From: an uncultured Sphingobacteriales bacterium
GTDB taxonomy: Bacteria; Bacteroidota; Bacteroidia; CAILMK01; CAYYUA01
Reading direction: 5' to 3'
Assembly: GCA_964474835.1 (NCBI GenBank)
Contig: CAYYUA010000004.1
Span: forward strand, 33,848 to 97,847
Length of the DNA stretch: 64,000 bases
Below, piece after piece: positions 55,925-64,000 of the stretch. The position numbers were made by a program, and so were the translations under genes. The notes beneath the pieces were generated by a model. That model did not search any database. It had not been told where the DNA came from and saw only the letters and a list, made by a program, of their open reading frames with translations. Each line of letters begins with the position of its first letter. Position 1 is the first letter of the stretch.

Positions 55925-58900
55925 ATGCCAGAAACTAAAACACCAAAGAGGTTACAACGGGTAGCAAAAGACCTGAACGTGGCTACCACCACTATTAAGG
56001 AATACCTGCAAAAGCAGGGCATTGATGTCGGGACAAACCCCAATATCAAGCTATCCGAGGAAACCTATGAGCTCTTGCTCGAGAAGTTCCAGACAGATAA
56101 GCAGGCCAGGGAAAAGGCAGAGCAAGTTGTGTTACCCGGCTCCGAGAAAAAGAGCCAGAAAAAAGAGGAAGAGGCTACCTCAACCCAATCGCCCAGTAAA
56201 TCCCAGGAAGCAGAAGAATCTACACAAGCAGATACCTCATCCCCTGCTGGAAAAGAAGAAGAAGCTGGTACAACTCAGGCTGAAGCATCACAAACTGTAA
56301 CTGAGGAGCAACCACCTCAGGAAACAGCCGGGCAGGAAGGCGATGAAACAGCAACTGACGAACCGGCATCAGGGCAAGCGGACGAAAGCACCCAGCCATC
56401 GGAGGAAAGCAGTGAAACCCAGAATGGGCCCAAGGTTCTTGGAAAAATAGATGTTGATCAGCTAGACACTTCAAAGAAAAAGAAGTCCGGAAAGAAGTCA
56501 GCTGATAAGGATACCAAGCAAAAAGCACCAGCAGCTAGCAACGAACAAGCTGAGCAACCGGAAGAGCCTGTTACTGCCGGTCAGTCCGGTCAGCAGCAGC
56601 CAGGTGAGGAAGAAGAGGTTACCCAGGAAGTAGTAACAGAAGAAGAAACCAACCCAGAAAGTGATACGGAAGGGGTTTCCGATACTGATACCGCTCAGGA
56701 AACAGAAGATACAGCAGACCAACAGGCTGAAGCGCCTGATACAACTGAAGCTGAAACCCCGCCGGAAGAACAAGCTGACGACTCCTCGCAAAAAGCCCCT
56801 GAAGCGCAGAAAGGTGAGGAAGCTTCAGAAACCGTATCCAAGAAAGAAGATTACAGCCTGAGTGGCCCCACTGTGGTTGGAAAAATTGACCTTGATCAGG
56901 TCAAATCCAATAAGCCCAAGAAGAAAGAGCCCGTTGCATCTACCTCGGATATGTCCACTACCCGTAAAAAGCGGCGTAAGCGGAGACCTGTAAAAGGTGA
57001 AGAAGGGGAAAAGGCAGCCGACTCAACCAAGCAGGGAGATAAAGCGGCTAAAAAGGACACAGACAAAGCTGCTCCTGAAAAGCAGAAGGCCCAGCCCAAA
57101 AAGAAAGGCAAGAAGAAACAGGATAAAGAAGAGATTGACAGTAGCCAGGTACAAGAGCAGCTAAAGGAAACGCTCAACAAGCTATCTGGCGGCAACAAGT
57201 CCAGCCGCTCCAAATTCCGTAAGAAGAAGCGGGATGAAGAGCGGCAGCGGGAAGAAGCCCGTCAGGAAGAAATTGCTGAGAGCGAAAAGAACAAGCTTGA
57301 GGTGACGGAATTCATTACCGTTAACGAGCTGGCAAACCTTATGGATGTGCAGGTAACCGAGCTTATCGGTACCTGTATGAACATTGGTATCATGGTCAGC
57401 ATGAATCAGCGTATTGATGCCGAGACCATTACCGTCCTGGCTGATGAGTACGGCTATGATGTCGAGTTCACGGAAGCCGAGATGGACGAGCCTGCTCTGG
57501 AAGAGGAGGATAATCCGGAAAATTATACCCAAAAGCCGCCCGTTGTTAGTATCATGGGTCACGTTGACCACGGTAAGACGTCACTGCTTGACTACATCCA
57601 GGGGTCTAAGATCATTGCTGGTGAGTCCGGCAGCATTACTCAGCACATCGGGGCTTACGAAATTACCCTGCAGGATAACCGCAACATCACTTTCCTTGAC
57701 ACACCGGGGCACGAGGCCTTCACAGCCATGCGTGCGCGCGGAGCTAAAGCTACAGATGTTGCGATCATCATTATAGCAGCCGATGATGATATTAAGCCAC
57801 AGACCAAAGAGGCCATTAGCCACGCTCAGGCAGCGGGTGTGCCGATGATATTTGCCATCAACAAGGTAGATAAAGAGGGAGCCAGCCCGGACCGTATCCG
57901 CCAGCAACTGGCTGAAATGAACATCCTTGTGGAAGAATGGGGTGGCAAGTACCAGTCACAAGAGATCTCAGCTAAGCACGGGGATCAGGTTGATGACCTG
58001 CTTGAGAAAGTGCTGCTGGAAGCCGAACTGTTAGACCTGAAAGCAGACCCTGAAAAGCGGGCAGCTGGAACGGTTGTAGAGGCCTGGCTGGACAAAGGCA
58101 AGGGCTACGTTACCAACCTGCTGGTAGAGGGCGGAACCCTCCAGGTAGGCGATCCGGTGCTTGCCGGTGCTAACATGGCCCGTATCCGGGCAATGATGGA
58201 TGAGCGGGGCAACCGTATCCAGAAGGCAAAGCCCGGTACTCCGGTTCAGGTATTAGGGTTTGATGGTGCACCACAAGCAGGAGAACGCTTTTACGTGGCT
58301 GAAGAAGAACAAACTGCCAAGGAAATTGCGAATGAGCGCGCCCAGCTGATTCGCGAACAGGGCATCCGGGCGACCAAGCATGTAACACTTGATGAACTTG
58401 GCCGCCGCTTAGCCATCGGTAATTTCCAGGAACTCAATGTTGTGATCAAAGGTGACGTTGATGGCTCAATAGAAGCGATTGCTGACTCGCTTCAGAAGCT
58501 TTCTACTGAAGAAGTTCAGATTAATGTTATCCACAAGGGTGTTGGCCAGATATCAGAATCGGACGTTCTGCTGGCTTCTGCCTCAGATGCTATCATTGTT
58601 GGCTTCCAAGTCCGGCCCTCTTCCAATGCGCGCAGATTAGCAGACCAGGAGCAGATCGATCTTCGCCTTTACTCCGTTATTTACGATGCCGTCCAGGAGG
58701 TCAAGTCGGCTATGGAAGGCATGCTAAAACCAAGGGTAGAAGAGAAGATTGTCGGAAATGTTGAAGTCCGGCAGGTCTTTAAGGTATCCAAGGTTGGCAC
58801 AGTAGCTGGCTCGAAGGTGACAAGTGGAAAGATCACTCGTAACGCTAAGGTTCGGGTTATCCGGGAAGGCGTTGTAGTTCATACCGGTGAAATTGATACC

Positions 58901-59041
58901 CTGAAGCGTTACAAGGATGACGTGAAGGAAGTCGCCTCCGGTTACGAATGCGGGCTGAATATCAAGAACTTCAATGATATACAGGAAGGTGACTACTTAG
59001 AGGTCTACGAAGAGTACGAAGTCAAGCGTTCACTTAACTAG
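55925..59041 (+). CDS. infB: Translation initiation factor IF-2
   Basis: G-domain motifs [17 protein letters not shown] and NKVD. It has a ~430-aa low-complexity E/K/Q/T-rich N-terminal region. Confidence 0.95.
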   Translation: MPETKTPKRLQRVAKDLNVATTTIKEYLQKQGIDVGTNPNIKLSEETYELLLEKFQTDKQAREKAEQVVLPGSEKKSQKKEEEATSTQSPSKSQEAEESTQADTSSPAGKEEEAGTTQAEASQTVTEEQPPQETAGQEGDETATDEPASGQADESTQPSEESSETQNGPKVLGKIDVDQLDTSKKKKSGKKSADKDTKQKAPAASNEQAEQPEEPVTAGQSGQQQPGEEEEVTQEVVTEEETNPESDTEGVSDTDTAQETEDTADQQAEAPDTTEAETPPEEQADDSSQKAPEAQKGEEASETVSKKEDYSLSGPTVVGKIDLDQVKSNKPKKKEPVASTSDMSTTRKKRRKRRPVKGEEGEKAADSTKQGDKAAKKDTDKAAPEKQKAQPKKKGKKKQDKEEIDSSQVQEQLKETLNKLSGGNKSSRSKFRKKKRDEERQREEARQEEIAESEKNKLEVTEFITVNELANLMDVQVTELIGTCMNIGIMVSMNQRIDAETITVLADEYGYDVEFTEAEMDEPALEEEDNPENYTQKPPVVSIMGHVDHGKTSLLDYIQGSKIIAGESGSITQHIGAYEITLQDNRNITFLDTPGHEAFTAMRARGAKATDVAIIIIAADDDIKPQTKEAISHAQAAGVPMIFAINKVDKEGASPDRIRQQLAEMNILVEEWGGKYQSQEISAKHGDQVDDLLEKVLLEAELLDLKADPEKRAAGTVVEAWLDKGKGYVTNLLVEGGTLQVGDPVLAGANMARIRAMMDERGNRIQKAKPGTPVQVLGFDGAPQAGERFYVAEEEQTAKEIANERAQLIREQGIRATKHVTLDELGRRLAIGNFQELNVVIKGDVDGSIEAIADSLQKLSTEEVQINVIHKGVGQISESDVLLASASDAIIVGFQVRPSSNARRLADQEQIDLRLYSVIYDAVQEVKSAMEGMLKPRVEEKIVGNVEVRQVFKVSKVGTVAGSKVTSGKITRNAKVRVIREGVVVHTGEIDTLKRYKDDVKEVASGYECGLNIKNFNDIQEGDYLEVYEEYEVKRSLN

Positions 59042-59073
59042 ATGAGCAAAGCCTGTAAATATTTTTGATTCAG

Positions 59074-59111
59074 AGCGCCGGGCTGATGATTTTCAGTTCG
59101 GCGCTTTTTTT
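59074..59111 (+). terminator. Rho-independent terminator downstream of infB
   Basis: Stem AGCGCCG/CGGCGCT with an inner CTGA/TCAG helix, followed by T7. Confidence 0.6.
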
Positions 59112-59235
59112 GGCCTCTGGTCAGGAAACCCATAGCGGCTAACCCTTTCCGGTAGTTTGAAGGAGGTGGCTGCAGAGGGCTACTTATCCACCTTTTCCAT
59201 AATTTTGAAAATCAGGGCACTACACCAATACAGGT

Positions 59236-60033
59236 ATGGTAAAGTTAAACTCGAGCCTTCCTTCAAAGCCCCTTTACAAGCGCGGGGTGGTGCTATCTGG
59301 TGGCGGCTCCCGGGGTGTTGCGCACCTGGGAGTGCTCAAGGCTATGGAAGAGCACGGGCTCTCGCCTGATTTTATCTGCGGGGTAAGCTCCGGAGCTATT
59401 GTCGGGGCCTTTTACGCAGACGGATGGAAGCCTACTGATATCTTCGACCTTTTTCAGGATCAGCACTTCTTCAACTTTGTAAGGCTTTCCTTCCCGGTTA
59501 CGGGCATGCTGAAGCTCAGTGGGTTTACTAAGCTGCTCAAGGAGAACTTATCGGTCACGCACTTCGAGGGGCTGAAGAAACGCCTGATGGTCATGACGAC
59601 CAATTTCAATGAAGGCAGTCCGGCCTTTTTTGACCAGGGTGACCTCATACAGCCTACCCTGGCTTCCTCGTCTATTCCGGTTCTTTTTAGCCCGGTGCGG
59701 ATCGGGAACGACCTCTATGTGGATGGGGGCCTTATGGATAACCTGCCCTATGAGCCAGCCAATGCCTATTGCGAGGACTTAACGGGTGTCCACGTTAATC
59801 CGCTTGGCCGTAATCCTAACATCGGCAACATGATAGATGTGGCTGAGCGAACATTTCAGCTAAGTGTTGTCGCTAACATCTGGGATAAGTACGATAAATT
59901 CAACCTGCTGATCGAACCCAAGGGTCTGGATCAGTTTAACATTCTGCGGCTTGCCCATGCTCAGCGCATTTTTGACATTGGCTATGAAGGCGCCTGCCGC
60001 ACGATAGAAGAAATGCACAATGTTCCTGACTAA
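59236..60033 (+). CDS. Patatin-like phospholipase
   Basis: Oxyanion motif GGGSRG, nucleophile GVSSG, and the catalytic Asp in DGG. Confidence 0.8.
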   Translation: MVKLNSSLPSKPLYKRGVVLSGGGSRGVAHLGVLKAMEEHGLSPDFICGVSSGAIVGAFYADGWKPTDIFDLFQDQHFFNFVRLSFPVTGMLKLSGFTKLLKENLSVTHFEGLKKRLMVMTTNFNEGSPAFFDQGDLIQPTLASSSIPVLFSPVRIGNDLYVDGGLMDNLPYEPANAYCEDLTGVHVNPLGRNPNIGNMIDVAERTFQLSVVANIWDKYDKFNLLIEPKGLDQFNILRLAHAQRIFDIGYEGACRTIEEMHNVPD

Positions 60034-60078
60034 GGTTCTGCTGGAAGCGCTGAGGCTAGCTCCATCGGCTACAGTTGG

Positions 60079-60987
60079 CTAAAGATCACCTTCATAGGAA
60101 AGCTTCGCGCCAGCCTCATCCACCCTAAGTTGTGCCTGCATTCCGAGGTAAAAGCTCTGGTTGGCTGCAATATGCCCGGCTGGAAATCCAAACGCTACTG
60201 GTACTGGTAGACTGGATAAGTGGTCGTACAGCATTTCCTCTGCCGTTAAACCAAAGGGCACTTCATTATCCTTCATATTGGTCATAGTACCAATCACAAG
60301 CCCTGCTAAGCCCTGAAGCTTTCCGGCCCGCCTGAAGGTGCTAAGCATACGGTCCAGGTGGTACAAGTACTCATCCACTTCTTCCAGAAAAAGGATTTTC
60401 CCGGCTGGTTGAAAGGATTCCGGACTTTCGAGGAGGCTGTAAAGGATACTCAGGTTCCCGCCGATCACCGTTCCTGTTGCTGTCCCATGCTTGTTAAACG
60501 GATGAGCTGCAACTTCCAGCAAAGCTGGCCTTCCTAGTAGCGTCTGAGCTAAGCTCACTAAAGCCCCTTCTTGGTCAGGAGTAGATGCTGAGAGGCTGGC
60601 CATTGGGCCGTGGATAGAGGGGATACCTAAGCAATGATTGAGATGGGCATGCAGCACAGTTACATCACTAAAGCCTGTAAGCCACTTGGGCTGTTGCCTG
60701 AAGGATGTAAAGTCCAGCCTGTCCAGTATCCGGACGGTCCCATAGCCACCCTTTGCGGGCATAATAGCGCTTACCGAAGGGTCATCCAGCATCTGCTGGA
60801 GGTCTGCTGCCCGCACCTGATCATCACCGGCAAACTGGTGATACGCTGCTCCAATGGTCTGCCCGAGCCGGACCTTAAATCCCCGGGCTTCCAGTAGTGT
60901 CTTGGCCGGCTGAACTGCATTCAGGCTGATCTTCCGGGCTGTGCTGAGAACACCAACGGTGTCACCAGTTTTTAAATAGGGGGGCAC
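60079..60987 (-). CDS. ldcA: LD-carboxypeptidase (peptidase S66, LdcA/MccF family)
   Basis: Family blocks (GDTVGVLSTARK, GFSDVTVLH). The start codon is GTG. Confidence 0.8.
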   Translation of the reverse strand: MPPYLKTGDTVGVLSTARKISLNAVQPAKTLLEARGFKVRLGQTIGAAYHQFAGDDQVRAADLQQMLDDPSVSAIMPAKGGYGTVRILDRLDFTSFRQQPKWLTGFSDVTVLHAHLNHCLGIPSIHGPMASLSASTPDQEGALVSLAQTLLGRPALLEVAAHPFNKHGTATGTVIGGNLSILYSLLESPESFQPAGKILFLEEVDEYLYHLDRMLSTFRRAGKLQGLAGLVIGTMTNMKDNEVPFGLTAEEMLYDHLSSLPVPVAFGFPAGHIAANQSFYLGMQAQLRVDEAGAKLSYEGDL

Positions 60988-61032
60988 CGAAGCCTTAATT
61001 TTGCTATTTGCTAAAAGCTAAAGCTACAAACA

Positions 61033-63111
61033 ATGACGCAATATCCGCGGCACCTGATCACTTCCGCCCTGCCCTATGGCAATGGCCCTATTCACATTGG
61101 GCAGTTAGCAGGGGCCTACCTGCCGGCTGATATCTATGTCCGTTACCTGAGGGCCAAAAACGAGGATGTGATTTTTATCTGCGGAGGCGATGAGCACGGA
61201 GTGCCGATAACCCTGCAGGCCCGGAAAGAGGGCGTCCATCCACAAGCAGTTGTCGATAAGTATTATGAGGTGAACAAGCAGAGCTTCGCCAGCTTCGGGA
61301 TTGACTTCGATATCTTTCACAGGACAAGCGCTTCCCTGCATCATGAAACTGCCCAGGAGTTCTTCAGGCACCTCTATGACAAAGGCATCCTCTTCGAAGA
61401 AACCGCAGAGCAGTACTTTGACTCCGAGGCTCAGCAGTTCCTGGCTGACCGGTATATCATCGGTACCTGCCCGAAGTGTGGCTTTGAGGAAGCCTATGGT
61501 GACCAGTGCGAGCGCTGCGGCAGCAGTCTGAGCCCCGATGAACTCATCAATCCCAAATCAACCCTTAGCGGTAACGATCCCGAGCTGAAAGAGACCAAGC
61601 ACTGGTATTTACCACTGGATCAGTACGAGGACTGGCTCCGTCAGTGGATCCTGGATGAGCATAAAGATGACTGGAAAACCAACGTGTACGGTCAGTGCAA
61701 ATCCTGGCTGGATCAGGGGCTGAAGGCCCGCGCTATTACACGCGACCTGGAGTGGGGGGTTTCTGTGCCCCTGGAAGAGGCCAGCGATAAGGTTCTGTAC
61801 GTGTGGTTTGATGCGCCTATTGGCTATATATCAGCCACCAAAGCCCTCTTCCAGCAAAAAGCTGAGCAGGATCCGGATCATTACAGTGCAGAAGACTGGC
61901 AACGTTACTGGAGCCGCTCAGACACCCACCTTGTGCACTTCATTGGTAAAGATAACATTGTCTTCCACTGCATTATTTTCCCGGCAATGCTTCACAGCCA
62001 TGACAACTACATCGTGCCTGATAATGTGCCGGCCAATGAATTCCTGAACCTGGAGGGCCAAAAGCTATCGACCAGCCGTAACTGGGCCGTCTGGCTGAAC
62101 GAATACCTGGAGGACTGGCCCGGAAAGCAGGACGTCCTTCGCTATGTACTGACAGCCAATGCTCCTGAGACAAAAGACAATGATTTCACGTGGCCGGATT
62201 TTCAGGCCAAGAATAACAATGAGCTGGTAGGAGTCCTGGGCAATTTTATCAACCGGGTTGTCGTCCTGACCAACAAATACTTCGGGGGCCAGGTACCGGC
62301 TGTTGAAGAAAAAGATACCGCAGATCAGGAAGTCAAAGACCAGATCAGCCACTTTCCGGGTGCTATCGGGGAAGGACTGGAAAACTACCGTCAGCGGGAA
62401 GCCCTGAATGAAATGATGCGCCTGGCCCGGCTGGGCAATAAGTACCTGACGGAAACCGAGCCCTGGAAGCTCTGGAAAGCCAACCGCATAGCCCGTGTTA
62501 AGACGATCATGAATTACAGCCTTCAGGTTGTGGCCAACCTTACCACCCTGGCTGAGCCTTTTATTCCGGATGCCATGGCACGTACCCGGCAGATGCTGAA
62601 TGTGGATTTTATACCGTGGGATCAGATCGGGAACCTTGAGCTGATACCCGTTGGGCACCAGGTTAACCAGGCTGAGCTCTTGTTCGAGAAGATATCAGAT
62701 GAGCGTATCCAGCAGCAGCAGGCTAAGCTTTATGCACAATCCGGCCAGAAGGCAGAAGCGTCCTCAGGGCAAGAGCCGGAAAAAGCTACCATCGGCTTTG
62801 AGGACTTTAATAAGTTTGATGTGCGCATCGTACAGGTCAGGGATGCAGAGCCGGTTCCTAAAGCAGATAAACTCCTTAAGCTAACGATTGACACCGGATC
62901 TGAGGAGCGAACGGTGGTGGCCGGCCTTGCCAAGCACTATAGACCTGAGACTTTGATCGGAGAGAAAGTGGCCATGCTCCTGAACCTGGAGCCTAAGCAA
63001 ATGAAGGGAGTAGAGTCACAGGGTATGCTCCTGATGGCAGAAGATGAGGCCGGAAGCCTGTCATTCCTCAGGCCGGATGGGGGCACACCGCTGGGCGCCA
63101 AGATCCGCTGA
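61033..63111 (+). CDS. metG: Methionine--tRNA ligase with a C-terminal EMAP/tRNA-binding domain
   Basis: HIGH-like motif PYGNGPIHIGQ, Zn knuckle CPKCG…CERCG, and a C-terminal OB-fold domain (VRIVQVRDAEPVPKADKLLKLTID). Confidence 0.95.
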   Translation: MTQYPRHLITSALPYGNGPIHIGQLAGAYLPADIYVRYLRAKNEDVIFICGGDEHGVPITLQARKEGVHPQAVVDKYYEVNKQSFASFGIDFDIFHRTSASLHHETAQEFFRHLYDKGILFEETAEQYFDSEAQQFLADRYIIGTCPKCGFEEAYGDQCERCGSSLSPDELINPKSTLSGNDPELKETKHWYLPLDQYEDWLRQWILDEHKDDWKTNVYGQCKSWLDQGLKARAITRDLEWGVSVPLEEASDKVLYVWFDAPIGYISATKALFQQKAEQDPDHYSAEDWQRYWSRSDTHLVHFIGKDNIVFHCIIFPAMLHSHDNYIVPDNVPANEFLNLEGQKLSTSRNWAVWLNEYLEDWPGKQDVLRYVLTANAPETKDNDFTWPDFQAKNNNELVGVLGNFINRVVVLTNKYFGGQVPAVEEKDTADQEVKDQISHFPGAIGEGLENYRQREALNEMMRLARLGNKYLTETEPWKLWKANRIARVKTIMNYSLQVVANLTTLAEPFIPDAMARTRQMLNVDFIPWDQIGNLELIPVGHQVNQAELLFEKISDERIQQQQAKLYAQSGQKAEASSGQEPEKATIGFEDFNKFDVRIVQVRDAEPVPKADKLLKLTIDTGSEERTVVAGLAKHYRPETLIGEKVAMLLNLEPKQMKGVESQGMLLMAEDEAGSLSFLRPDGGTPLGAKIR

Positions 63112-63115
63112 CAGC

Positions 63116-64000
63116 TCAGTAGTTATAGTGAATCAGGCTTCCCCGCTCATGGTCATTTTCAACTGACAGGGACGTTTCCAGGCCTTCCTTAAGCTCCTCC
63201 ACGTGCGAAATGATCCCCACGATCCGGTTCTCTTTGCGCAGCCTGTTAAGCGTATCGAAGACCAGGCTGAGGGCATTGCGGTCCAGAGAGCCAAAGCCTT
63301 CGTCAAGAAAGAAGAAGTTCTGAGCAGATTGGGTGAGTTGTTGAATCCGTTCAGCCAGGGCTAGCGCCAGAGACAGGGAAACCTGGAAAGTCTGCCCGCC
63401 TGAAAGGGTCTTGACATGCCGGGGGCGCCCGTCATTCAGCAGATCCCGGATCTGCAGGCCGGCCTCATCCGTGACCTCTAGCTGTAGCTGGTTATTCGTT
63501 AGCTTCCGGAACCGCTCGTTAGCCGCTTCACAGAGCTCCTCCATGAAGATCAGGGAAATGTACCTGACAAAGCCTTTGCCCTTGAAAAGGGAATCAAGGG
63601 TTTTCAGGTTATTAGCGCGGTTCTGCAGCATCTGCTGCTCGGCCTCTAGCTGCTGCTTAAAGGCCAGCTGAACCTGATGTCGCTGAATAGTTTCCCGCCG
63701 GATGGCTAATTGCTCCTGCGCTGTTTTGAGGCGCTGCGCAGCCTGTTCGCGGGCATTGGTGGCTTCCTCAAAAGCCTGAGGGTCGTAAGAGCCTGTATTT
63801 TCCAGCTGTTGCTCCAGCTCCTTAAGCGTGTCATGCTGAGCGTTGTACTGCTGCTGAAACTGGCTTAGCTCATCCTCTCTGGCCGAAAGATCCACATCCT
63901 GGTAATCGTCCAACAGCCTTTGCACGGCCCCAAGGCTATCAAACTCTGACTGACCGAGCAGGTGATCCAGCTCCTCCCGTACTGCTCTCCACTGCCGTTG
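63116..64000 (-). CDS. sbcC: SbcC/Rad50-family DNA repair ATPase, C-terminal part; the N-terminus lies beyond the window
   Basis: ABC signature LSGGQTFQVSLSLALAL, Walker B FFFLDEGFGSLD, and a long coiled-coil upstream. The reading frame stays open to the window edge. Confidence 0.7.
   Translation of the reverse strand, partial: QRQWRAVREELDHLLGQSEFDSLGAVQRLLDDYQDVDLSAREDELSQFQQQYNAQHDTLKELEQQLENTGSYDPQAFEEATNAREQAAQRLKTAQEQLAIRRETIQRHQVQLAFKQQLEAEQQMLQNRANNLKTLDSLFKGKGFVRYISLIFMEELCEAANERFRKLTNNQLQLEVTDEAGLQIRDLLNDGRPRHVKTLSGGQTFQVSLSLALALAERIQQLTQSAQNFFFLDEGFGSLDRNALSLVFDTLNRLRKENRIVGIISHVEELKEGLETSLSVENDHERGSLIHYNY

Noticed and set aside
56022-57907. Multiple 66-129-aa ORFs on both strands inside infB
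   Set aside because: Artifacts of the repetitive GAA/AAG-rich low-complexity region encoding the IF-2 N-terminal domain.
63112-63115. Convergent metG and sbcC stop codons separated by only 4 nt, with no terminator
   Set aside because: Tight convergent packing is common in compact genomes. There is no hairpin to report.
1-64000. Search for CRISPR repeats, IS/transposase, integrase or phage genes, and toxin-antitoxin or restriction-modification modules
   Set aside because: None found. There are no direct repeat arrays, no DDE or tyrosine-recombinase signatures in any ORF translation, and no compositional island. Apart from the AT-rich tract in the rluB-rimP spacer, GC content appears uniform on inspection. 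The window looks like syntenic core chromosome.

Overview
The window reads as a core-genome stretch of a gliding Bacteroidota bacterium of roughly 50% GC. Type-A and type-B T9SS C-terminal sorting domains, gldH, and HmuY, SusD-less TonB loci support that placement. Genes are densely packed and almost all are housekeeping. Present are the sufBCDS Fe-S assembly operon; an ALDH7-type aldehyde dehydrogenase; an eight-gene heme acquisition locus (HmuY-like, TonB-dependent receptor, HemS, HmuTUV, and a second HmuY-like paralog with a T9SS sorting tail); the holB-ricT(PSP1)-gldH operon; menD and menF; guaB; gatC; plsC; trpS; a deoxynucleoside kinase; a fructosamine kinase; meaB with an ECF sigma/anti-sigma pair; a phosphosulfolactate synthase; a NagZ/beta-lactamase fusion followed by a 1245-aa multi-pass orphan histidine kinase; tdh overlapping bshA; the mnmG-ybeY cluster; rluB; rimP-nusA-infB; a patatin-like phospholipase; an LD-carboxypeptidase; metG; and the 3' part of sbcC. 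I found no tRNA or rRNA genes, no CRISPR array, no mobile element, and no recognisable defence island. The most interesting non-coding signal is a dense cluster of DnaA-box 9-mers and an AT-rich tract in the 420-bp spacer between rluB and rimP, which ends in a textbook terminator hairpin 20 nt before the rimP start codon. The other signals are a 14-bp inverted repeat found after the stop codons of both the NagZ/beta-lactamase gene and the giant sensor kinase, a T9SS-tailed HmuY paralog heading the heme operon, and several unusual domain or operon arrangements. All calls come from reading ORF translations against remembered family signatures; no database search was run.
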